Source: Candidatus Krumholzibacteriales bacterium (GTDB lineage: Bacteria > Krumholzibacteriota > Krumholzibacteriia > Krumholzibacteriales > WJIX01). Taken from it: 20,538 nucleotides of DNA. Location: positions 1 through 20,538 of the forward strand of contig JAWODM010000058.1 in the NCBI GenBank assembly GCA_046483305.1, written 5' to 3'. A program made the translations under genes and the position numbers. Under the pieces are notes generated by a model. That model had not been told where the DNA came from, did not search any database, and was given only the letters and a program-made list of their open reading frames with translations. This document shows, one piece after another, positions 9,958 through 17,277 of this stretch (position 1 is its first letter; each line of letters begins with the position of its first letter).

Positions 9958-10926
9958 TCAGATCAGGATCTGCCTCAGGGAGTCCGGGTCCAGCCTGCAT
10001 CCGCTGAGTACCAGAACCGCATTCCTGCCGGAAAACCGTTGCCTCTCCTTCAGAAGGGCCGCTACCGGCAGAGCTGCCGCGCCTTCAATGAGCATGAAAT
10101 GTTTCAGCAGCATCAGACGGATCGCTTCCTTTATCTCTTTTTCGCTGACCAGGATGAAATCGTCCACGTAATCTCTGCAGATTCCGAATGTTATTGAACC
10201 GGGTTCTATTCCTCCGGCGCTGCCGTCGGCGAGAGTAGGTTCTGATGGTATGTTAAGAATCATCCCGGCCTGAACGGACCTGTACATAACGGCGGAATTG
10301 ACCGGCTGGCAACCAATGATTTCCGGGAAGCTGCCGAAAGATTTGAAATATCCCGCAATCCCTGATATCAATCCGCCCCCTCCAACAGGGGCAAGGACAG
10401 AGTCTAATTTTATTCCTGCGTTCTGCTCCATTATCTCCAGAGCCACCGTGCCCTGCCCGCCCACAATGGTGAGGTCGTTGTAGGGAGAGATATACAGGCA
10501 GCCTGCCTTCTCTGAGAATCTCCTGGCCTCCCGCTCGGCCTTAACGCAGTCGTCTCCGAACTTCATTATCCTGACCCTGCTTCCCGTAAGAGAAGCCAGT
10601 TTTACGGGGGAGATATTCTCGGGGACAAATATCACCCCTTCAAGGTTTATTTTTTCGAGCGCTCTGATGAAAGCAACAGCGTGATTTCCGGTGGAGGAAG
10701 TAACCAGTTTCCTGTCGGTGCCATTGAGTGTGAGAACTTTGTTGATGGCGCCCCTGATCTTGAATGATCCGGTTCTCTGGTAGTTTTCCAGTTTAAGCCA
10801 GATATCCGCTCCGCATTCGGAGCTTAGAAAAGTTGAGTATTCCAGGGGCGTTTTCCAGACCGAATCTTCGATCCTTTTCTTTCCCTCCTCAACCTCTTTC
10901 CTGATTATTTCCGCGGATATCTTCAT
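9958..10926 (-). CDS. PLP-dependent threonine/serine dehydratase or serine racemase family protein, no ACT domain
   Basis: KLENYQRTGSFKIRGA (PLP lysine), SSTGNHA, GQGT and PVGGGGLISG motifs. Confidence 0.9.
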   Translation of the reverse strand: MKISAEIIRKEVEEGKKRIEDSVWKTPLEYSTFLSSECGADIWLKLENYQRTGSFKIRGAINKVLTLNGTDRKLVTSSTGNHAVAFIRALEKINLEGVIFVPENISPVKLASLTGSRVRIMKFGDDCVKAEREARRFSEKAGCLYISPYNDLTIVGGQGTVALEIMEQNAGIKLDSVLAPVGGGGLISGIAGYFKSFGSFPEIIGCQPVNSAVMYRSVQAGMILNIPSEPTLADGSAGGIEPGSITFGICRDYVDDFILVSEKEIKEAIRLMLLKHFMLIEGAAALPVAALLKERQRFSGRNAVLVLSGCRLDPDSLRQILI

Positions 10927-11017
10927 ATACTGCTACTGCGCATTTTTTTGTGTAAAAAGAATATTCTACCGTACCATATTAAATCAGGCCGGGGATTAAC
11001 ACAAAAGAATACCGGAG

Positions 11018-11051
11018 AAAAAAAAGAAGCGGAAGTTGATTCTTCCGCTCC
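11018..11051 (-). terminator. Intrinsic (rho-independent) terminator downstream of the 25-aa ORF
   Basis: RNA reads GGAGCGGAAG-AAUCAA-CUUCCGCUUC-U8: a 10-bp stem with one G-U pair followed by 8 U. Confidence 0.88.
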
Positions 11052-11103
11052 CCTGCTTTAAGCAGTACCAACTACCCCGGGTCTTCCCCTATCTCTGGAA
11101 AGT

Positions 11104-11181
11104 CTACCAGATTGCCTTTCCCCAGATAGCCTTTCCTGCCAGCAGACTCGCAATAAGCGCTATGTTTGTAAAGAAGAACAT
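11104..11181 (-). CDS. Unannotated 25-aa peptide MFFFTNIALIASLLAGKAIWGKAIW (hydrophobic leader plus two GKAIW repeats)
   Basis: SD-like AAAGGGGG 7 nt before the ATG, TAG stop, flanked by a sigma54 promoter and a terminator. The two GKAIW units differ by one synonymous change (GCT vs GCA). An alternative in-frame ATG at 11199 gives 31 aa. Confidence 0.7.
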   Translation of the reverse strand: MFFFTNIALIASLLAGKAIWGKAIW

Positions 11182-11240
11182 TTTCGAACCCCCTTTCATT
11201 ACCTTCCATTTCCTCTTACATCTTCTGCTTACCTGTTATG

Positions 11241-11256
11241 GCAGGTAACGTGCCAG
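11241..11256 (-). promoter_or_regulatory. Sigma54 (RpoN) -24/-12 promoter
   Basis: Minus strand CTGGCACGTTACCTGC gives GG-N10-GC and closely matches the YTGGCACGNNNNTTGC consensus; predicted start site near 11229. Confidence 0.78.
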
Positions 11257-11372
11257 AATTACTAATATTTACCAATAATTTCTTGTTCGACATATTATGT
11301 TGTTAATAAATGACTTAAGAAGATATAGAATGACGTTATTGGGAGGTTCTCTACAGTATATAATGAAAGAAG

Positions 11373-11476
11373 TGTAAATAATTTTTTACTTATTTCGGGT
11401 ATGCCCTTTAACTATTTGATATAGTGGCAGTTAGTGTGTAAATTCTGATATACAGCAATGTAAATTAATGTTTACA
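11373..11476. promoter_or_regulatory. Three TGTAAA-N6-TTTACA boxes (candidate upstream activator sequences) with an IHF site
   Basis: 11373-11390 TGTAAA-TAATTT-TTTACT; 11437-11454 TGTAAA-TTCTGA-TATACA; 11459-11476 TGTAAA-TTAATG-TTTACA (perfect). IHF consensus match TATCAA-ATAG-TTA on the minus strand at 11409-11421. Confidence 0.72.
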
Positions 11477-11487
11477 ATAATTCCCGG

Positions 11488-12873
11488 TTATTTCTTATAT
11501 TTACTTATGAATTCCTCAACTTCCGGGATTCCGCCCTGGTATATCAGGTATCCGTTGTGAGGTTCTCTTTCTGTTATCTCTCCGGCAATCGGGGTTAGCA
11601 TGAGATCGGTTACCTTTTCTCGGTCGTGGGTCTGGCCGAGGGCCCAGCACAATTTCACGTAGGCGACTTCGGGCAGCATGTTCGCCGCCGGAATAACTCC
11701 CAGGTCCATGATATCGCGGCCGGTGTCATAAACATACATCTGCACATAACCCCACAGGGTCTGTACAGTCATGTAGACGTGAATTCCCTGCTCGCATGCC
11801 CTCTTGAGGGAAGGATAGAGAGGTTTATTGACATGGCCCAGGCCGGTTCCCGCGATGATTATGCCCTTGTATCCGTTATCAATCAGTGAATCTATGATGT
11901 CCGGTTTCATATTCGGATAGTAGTAAACTATCGATACCCTGCCGTCAAAAGTCGGAACTATCCTGACTTTTCTGCTCCGGTCTCTTCTCCGGTAGTCCTC
12001 TCTCAGCGGTTTAAACCCTTCTTCGCTGACAATCGCCAGCGGTATATCTCCTATGGTTCTGAATGTGGACCGGTAAGAAGAATGCATTTTCCTCACTCTG
12101 GTTCCGCGGTGGAGAAGGCCGTACTGGTCGCTGGTCGGGCCAAACATACAGACCATTATCTCGGCAAAATCACTCTCGGCGGCGGTCCTGGTTGCGTTTA
12201 TCAGATTTAGAGCCGCGTCGCTGGAGGGCCTGTCGCTGGATCTCTGCGAACCAACCATTACTATGGGGACAGGCGAGTCCTGCACCATGAACGAAAGAAT
12301 GGCAGAGGTATGGTGCATGGTGTCGGTCCCGTGCCCTATCACGATCCCGTCTATGCCGTTCTCTATCTCCTCTCCGATTTTTTCAGCTGTCCCTATCCAT
12401 TGCTCAGGGCCCATGTTCTCGCTGAAAACCCCGTAGAGTTTTTCGGTGTCCAGATTGCATATATCCGCCAGTTCCGGAACGGAGCCGTAAAGCTCTCCCG
12501 GAGAAAACGCGGGGATCACCGCTCCGGTCCGGTAATCCAGCCGGGAGGCAATAGTGCCGCCGGTTCCCAGGAGTTTAACGTTCGGTTTGGAAGGGTCGGT
12601 GGGGAATTCCTTTTCGGGTATTTTGTAGTGAGCTTCTTTTTTCCCCAGTATGTTTATGGAGGTGATAGTCTCAACATTCAATCCCACATTGTATCCGTTA
12701 TGCATTTTCAGAACTATGTGATTATTGTCGGCGGTTTCCGAGCGGGGCAGTATAATTCCCCTGAAGTCTCCCCTGGTCGATTCGATCTCCACGTCGCTCC
12801 ATACCGTGGCGGAATAGCTTTTGAGGCATTCAAGCCCTTTCCCGCCGTATCCCTTGTAAGTTTCGGAACTCAA
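11488..12873 (-). CDS. gatD: Glu-tRNA(Gln) amidotransferase subunit D (archaeal-type)
   Basis: GatD N-terminal domain (LKMHNGYNVG) followed by an asparaginase-like core: GTGGTIASRLDYRTGAV, HGTDTM, GSQRSSDRPSSDA, RKMHSS. TTG start; adjacent to gatE. Confidence 0.93.
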   Translation of the reverse strand: MSSETYKGYGGKGLECLKSYSATVWSDVEIESTRGDFRGIILPRSETADNNHIVLKMHNGYNVGLNVETITSINILGKKEAHYKIPEKEFPTDPSKPNVKLLGTGGTIASRLDYRTGAVIPAFSPGELYGSVPELADICNLDTEKLYGVFSENMGPEQWIGTAEKIGEEIENGIDGIVIGHGTDTMHHTSAILSFMVQDSPVPIVMVGSQRSSDRPSSDAALNLINATRTAAESDFAEIMVCMFGPTSDQYGLLHRGTRVRKMHSSYRSTFRTIGDIPLAIVSEEGFKPLREDYRRRDRSRKVRIVPTFDGRVSIVYYYPNMKPDIIDSLIDNGYKGIIIAGTGLGHVNKPLYPSLKRACEQGIHVYMTVQTLWGYVQMYVYDTGRDIMDLGVIPAANMLPEVAYVKLCWALGQTHDREKVTDLMLTPIAGEITEREPHNGYLIYQGGIPEVEEFISKYKK

Positions 12874-12994
12874 GATTTCCCTTCCGGCTCTTAATGTATA
12901 CTTTCAGGCGCCGACCGTACGGTTACGGCAATTCTATTCCATAAAGACCGGCGGTGGAAGCAAAATAAACCCGCCTGGCAATAATGCCTTCAGG

Positions 12995-14920
12995 TTATTG
13001 ATTCCTTCTGTCAGAAAGGAAGCTCTCCACTATTTCAGCTCCCCTTTTCCCGGGGAGGCTGCCGCCGTATTTCCTGATAAGGACTCCCGTCAGGTAATCC
13101 TTCAGTTTATCCCTTTCGATATCCGGAATATCCAGTGATTCAAGGTAATCGATTGCTTCCTTTTCCTTCTCCTTACTGCGGAGCAGCACTATCCCGGATA
13201 TCAAACTTTCCGGATCGGCCTCATTCGAAGAAAAGATATCTTCCATGATTCCGGCGAGAGATTCCAGAGGGATACCGCGCTCACCCATTAAGGCCAGTAC
13301 GGATTTAAACTTTTCCTTGCTGAATTCCGGTATGGCTCCGCTACCGTTCGCCGGGGCTACCCTGTTCAGTATGAAAAAGGCCAGTTCTTCCGGTTCATAA
13401 CCGGCCTCTCCGAGAACGAAATCGAAGGTATCCCTCATATCGGAAATGCTCATTCTCCAGGCGAGACCGGGCCTCAGCCCGCTTTTGATATATTCAGCCT
13501 CTCTCTCGGCGGGAGTTTTGGGCAGTATCTTCCTGATACGCTCAATTCTGTCTTCCGTTATTGCCAGGGGGGGAAGGTCGGTATCCGGGTACATCCGGTC
13601 GGGCCCCGGCAGGATCCTCTCGAATCCGTTGGTCCCGTCCGGGAGCGCCTGACGTGTTTCGTTAACCACTCCGGTAATAGCTTCCCTGGCGCGAATCTCT
13701 ATCTCGTTAACGGCTGTCTCCGCGTCTTCCTGGTTTCCCCAGACCACCACTGCCACATCGTTCTCCCCGCATCCGGTCTTATTCTTGATTCTCTGCCATT
13801 CCGAGCTGGAGAAGGTTTCTCCTATAATGTCCGAGTGCGCGATGTTGGGGAGCTTGTCCAGGCAGGCGATCACCCTCACCCGGTCCGATATCTCACGGGC
13901 AAAGGTCGTCTCGGGCTGGGTTTCCCTGGACAGGATATCCCTGTAGCCCTTCAGAACGACCGCCCTGATATCTTCTCCCTTCTTGAGGCTTTTTGCCGCG
14001 GGGGAATACTGAGTATTCCTGAGAATATCCCTGATGCTGTACCTGCTGCACCTGAAAGATTCTTCCGTAATACCCCTCTGTTTGAGTTCCCCGGCTATCT
14101 TCAGAAGAGAGTGCTGCCGGTAAGCTTCATTGTGAACCAGAAGCGGAATAAGAGGAATTCTCGGGACCCCCTTTATCTCCACACGGCGGCCTCCCTCTAT
14201 GGAGACATTTACATCCTGCCGGGCGGCTCCGATGCCGGTCCTGACCTTGCCGGTTGCCCTGACCAGGTAGCGAAGCCTCTGGGCGACTTCCGCAACTTCC
14301 TGAGGCGTTTTCATATCCGGCCTGGTTACAGATTCAACCAGAGGTATTCCCAGCCTGTCCGTCCTGTAAGTCCTGGTATGGCCACGGTCGCTTACCTCTC
14401 TGCAGGCATCTTCTTCGAGGCCCAGCTGGATTATGCCGATATCCCTGCCGCAGGCATGAATCGATCCGTCCATTCCCAGTATGGTGGTTCTCTGGAACCC
14501 AGTGGGAATGGATCCGTCCAGGTACTGCTTTCTGGCGATATGGACCTCGCTGACCAGCTTACAGTTAAGGAGCATGGTAATTTCCAGTGCGATATCGAGA
14601 GCCTGCCTGTTCAGCTCGAATGGAGGGGTATCGTCCATCTCATAAGTGCATACCGTCTGGCCATCTATCTGGTAGATAATATCCTTCCTGGTCTTGAATT
14701 CCATCAGCGCGGTCCCGTCGTACTCGCCCAGTTCCGAGAGAGTCGGCCGCATGTGACGGAGTATCTCAGCGTCGTATTCATCGGTGTATTCTCGCACCGG
14801 ACACCTGCAGAAAAGCTTTTTCCCGGTCAGCAGCTGCTGATGAATCTCCAGGCCGCTTTTGAGGCCCAGGGCAGCGTAATCAGCTGCGGTTGCATCTTCG
14901 AATTTCTTTATATCGGCCAA
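12995..14920 (-). CDS. gatE: Glu-tRNA(Gln) amidotransferase subunit E (archaeal-type)
   Basis: DYAALGLKSGLEIHQQL..KLFC, DGSIPTGFQRT, LEEDACR, DRLGIPLVE, RQDVNVSI and PGPDRMYPDTDLPP. Length of 641 aa with a central insertion fits GatE rather than GatB. TTG start with GAGGT SD. Confidence 0.94.
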   Translation of the reverse strand: MADIKKFEDATAADYAALGLKSGLEIHQQLLTGKKLFCRCPVREYTDEYDAEILRHMRPTLSELGEYDGTALMEFKTRKDIIYQIDGQTVCTYEMDDTPPFELNRQALDIALEITMLLNCKLVSEVHIARKQYLDGSIPTGFQRTTILGMDGSIHACGRDIGIIQLGLEEDACREVSDRGHTRTYRTDRLGIPLVESVTRPDMKTPQEVAEVAQRLRYLVRATGKVRTGIGAARQDVNVSIEGGRRVEIKGVPRIPLIPLLVHNEAYRQHSLLKIAGELKQRGITEESFRCSRYSIRDILRNTQYSPAAKSLKKGEDIRAVVLKGYRDILSRETQPETTFAREISDRVRVIACLDKLPNIAHSDIIGETFSSSEWQRIKNKTGCGENDVAVVVWGNQEDAETAVNEIEIRAREAITGVVNETRQALPDGTNGFERILPGPDRMYPDTDLPPLAITEDRIERIRKILPKTPAEREAEYIKSGLRPGLAWRMSISDMRDTFDFVLGEAGYEPEELAFFILNRVAPANGSGAIPEFSKEKFKSVLALMGERGIPLESLAGIMEDIFSSNEADPESLISGIVLLRSKEKEKEAIDYLESLDIPDIERDKLKDYLTGVLIRKYGGSLPGKRGAEIVESFLSDRRNQ

Positions 14921-14938
14921 CTGATACCTCTGGTTTGT

Positions 14939-16348
14939 CTAGCAGTCAAAATACAGGCGGTACTCGTATGGGTGCGTCCGTTCCCTGATCTGAGATACCT
15001 CATTGTCATGTTTAATCTTTATCCACTCATCGATCATCGCTTCGCTGAATACTCCGCCCCTGGTGAGGAATTCATGGTCGCTTTCCAGAGCGTCCAGAGC
15101 TTCTGAGAGGGAGGTGGGGAGCTCCCTTATTTTACCGCGCTGCTTAGGATCCATCTCGAAGATATTGATATCATAGGGCCCCAGTCCCAGTTCTTCCGGA
15201 TCGAGTTCATTGATAATTCCATCTATGCCTGCCATCAGCTGGGCGGCCATGGAGAAATACGGGTTGCATGTCGCGTCCGGCGGGCGAAATTCTATCCTCT
15301 TGCTGTGAGGATCCACGGCATATTTTGGTATTCTGATAGCGGCGCTGCGATTTGCCAGAGAGAAGAAGCTGTGAACCGGGGCTTCATATCCGGGAACCAG
15401 CCTCTTGTAGGAATTCGTGCTTGGATTGGTTATAGCCAGAAGAGCCGGTGCGTGGATCAACAGCCCTGATATATATTGAAGCGCCAGCCTGCTCAGCCCC
15501 GCGTACCCTTCGCTGTCGTAGAACAACGGTTCATCGCCTTTGAAGAGGTGCTGATGAAAATGCATGCCATTGCCGGGTTCCCCGTATATCGGCTTAGGCA
15601 TGAAGGTAGCCTGTCTTCCGGATGAATGAGCCGCCATCCTGCAGAAATGCTTTACCATCATTGATACGTCGCCCATTCTGGTCGGAGAACCGAACTGCAC
15701 TTCTATCTCAACCTGTCCATGTCCTCCCACTTCGTGATGGTGGTAAATCACCTTCACACCGGCTTCCTCGAGAAGGGTCACTGTTCTGTCCCTCAGGTCC
15801 ACTGAAATATCCTCCGGCGGTATGGCGTGATATCCACCCGAAGGCGCAAGGCCGTACTGCCCTTCGAACTGGCCCTCTCCCGGAAATATCTCGTAGCCGC
15901 ATATGAGGGGGCTGTTGTCAACATAGACCTCGTCGAAGATATGATATTCGAACTCCGGTCCCCAGAGTGACCGGTCGGCCTTGCCCGTTGAAGCGAGGTA
16001 TTTTTCCGCTTTTGCTGATACGGCCCGAGGGTCCCTGTCAAAAGGTTTCTTGGTGTCCGATTCCACTATATTGCATATGAACGAGATCGACGGTTCAGTT
16101 CTGAAAGGGTCTGAGAAGCAGGTTTCCATGTCGGGAACCAGCGAGAGGTCGCCTGATTCCAGCGATTTCAAACCAGGAAAGTTGGAGCCGTCAAATCCCA
16201 CCCCGTCAGTGAACAGTTTTTCTCCGGCTCTGGAGGCGGGTATGGTTATATGATGCCACCTGCCTGTAAAATCTGTGAACTTGAAGTCGATATGCTTAAT
16301 CGATTTTTCTTTTATCCCTTTGATCAGATCTTCGGTTGAGGTAAAAAT
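14939..16348 (-). CDS. glnA: Glutamine synthetase type I; probable ATT start at 16348 (469 aa), ORF-track ATG at 16399
   Basis: GFDGS, GPEFE, HHHEV, TFMPKP, GNGMHFHQ, NSYKRLVPGYEAP, NRSAAIRIP and RIEFRPPD motifs. GGAGG lies 7 nt before ATT. Identity is certain; the start position is inferred. Confidence 0.93.
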   Translation of the reverse strand: MFTSTEDLIKGIKEKSIKHIDFKFTDFTGRWHHITIPASRAGEKLFTDGVGFDGSNFPGLKSLESGDLSLVPDMETCFSDPFRTEPSISFICNIVESDTKKPFDRDPRAVSAKAEKYLASTGKADRSLWGPEFEYHIFDEVYVDNSPLICGYEIFPGEGQFEGQYGLAPSGGYHAIPPEDISVDLRDRTVTLLEEAGVKVIYHHHEVGGHGQVEIEVQFGSPTRMGDVSMMVKHFCRMAAHSSGRQATFMPKPIYGEPGNGMHFHQHLFKGDEPLFYDSEGYAGLSRLALQYISGLLIHAPALLAITNPSTNSYKRLVPGYEAPVHSFFSLANRSAAIRIPKYAVDPHSKRIEFRPPDATCNPYFSMAAQLMAGIDGIINELDPEELGLGPYDINIFEMDPKQRGKIRELPTSLSEALDALESDHEFLTRGGVFSEAMIDEWIKIKHDNEVSQIRERTHPYEYRLYFDC

Positions 16349-16691
16349 TTTATTTCCTCCGGTTAGGATGAAGACGGTATTGAATATCGGCCCTGTCATT
16401 CATGACAAGGAATTCCAATATATTGAATAAACGGTTTTCTTTCAAGGCATAATTTTGCCTGGCAGGCCCCCGAGAATGAGCGGTAATCAGGTGGTTCTGC
16501 AGTTGCCGCAGTCCCCGCCGGGAAGAGTATTTGCTTCGTCTCCGAGCTTGAAATTGAATTTTGCTCCCCATCTGGAGCATTATTTATGATATAATAGAAT
16601 ATCAATATGAATTGATTTTTATAATTTGGGACTTGATATAGATAAAATATTGATTATACAGTAAAGAGAAATTCTATGGCTGGAGAGATAA

Positions 16692-17231
16692 ATGAAGGAA
16701 CACGTCAAGAAAATTCTGGAACAGCTGGTGGACGAACCCGGCAGGGAGGGATTGGCTGAAACCCCGCGAAGGGTGGAGGAATCGCTGTCTTTCCTTACCA
16801 GCGGGTACAAAGCCGACATAGACAGGGTGATGGCCGGGTCCGTTTTCGAGGAGAAGTATGACGAGATGGTGATAGTCAGGAACATCGGCCTTTACAGCCT
16901 CTGCGAGCACCACATTCTGCCCTTTTTCGGAAAGTGCCATATAGCTTACATACCTAAAGGCAAAATAATCGGATTATCAAAGATTCCGAGGATAGTGGAG
17001 ATTTTCTCCAGGAGGCTCCAGGTTCAGGAAAGATTGACCAGCGAGATAGCGAAATGTCTTATGTCATACCTTCAGCCTCACGGAGTGGCGGTTACCATCG
17101 AAGCCCTTCACCTGTGTATGGCTATGAGGGGAGTGGAGGAAGGGGACGCCACTATTATTACCAGCTCCATGCTCGGAGCTTTCCGGAAAGACAGCAAGAC
17201 ACGTATGGAATTTCTTGATCTGGTAAGGTGA
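16692..17231 (+). CDS. folE: GTP cyclohydrolase I
   Basis: REGLAETPRRV, SLCEHHILPFFG, GLSKIPR, RRLQVQERLT and HLCMAMRG motifs; GGAG SD. Confidence 0.96.
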   Translation: MKEHVKKILEQLVDEPGREGLAETPRRVEESLSFLTSGYKADIDRVMAGSVFEEKYDEMVIVRNIGLYSLCEHHILPFFGKCHIAYIPKGKIIGLSKIPRIVEIFSRRLQVQERLTSEIAKCLMSYLQPHGVAVTIEALHLCMAMRGVEEGDATIITSSMLGAFRKDSKTRMEFLDLVR

Positions 17232-17277
17232 AAACCCAGGGACTTTAATATATCAACAGAATCAGAAAGGAGAAAAT

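Noticed and set aside
9824..10000. 59-aa N-terminal extension of MenA in the ORF track
   Set aside because: It overlaps the dehydratase 3' end and a TGGACT-17-TATAAT promoter; MenA-like sequence begins at the ATG at 9823.
11036..11248. 70-aa plus-strand ORF with an apparent QIAFP-QIAFP repeat
   Set aside because: It is the antisense shadow of the GKAIW repeat. It starts at a TTG inside the terminator loop, and the promoter, SD and terminator all point to the minus strand.
11488..12873. Annotation as a stand-alone L-asparaginase
   Set aside because: The extra N-terminal domain, the SQRSSDRPSSD motif and adjacency to gatE identify it as GatD.
13835..15106. 423-aa plus-strand ORF
   Set aside because: Antisense to gatE and glnA with no recognisable motifs; a typical shadow ORF.
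16394..16407. TGTCA-TTCA-TGACA as a GlnR/TnrA box
   Set aside because: The spacer is 4 nt rather than the 7 nt of TGTNA-N7-TNACA; it is better explained as an RNA hairpin.
16445..16460. AGGCATAATTTTGCCT as a sigma54 promoter for glnA
   Set aside because: The GG-to-GC spacing is 9 nt on both strands, not the required 10.
16350..16940. Short minus-strand ORFs at 16350-16580, 16396-16605, 16619-16885 and 16674-16940
   Set aside because: No clear SD or recognisable motifs; they lie in promoter/leader DNA or antisense to folE.
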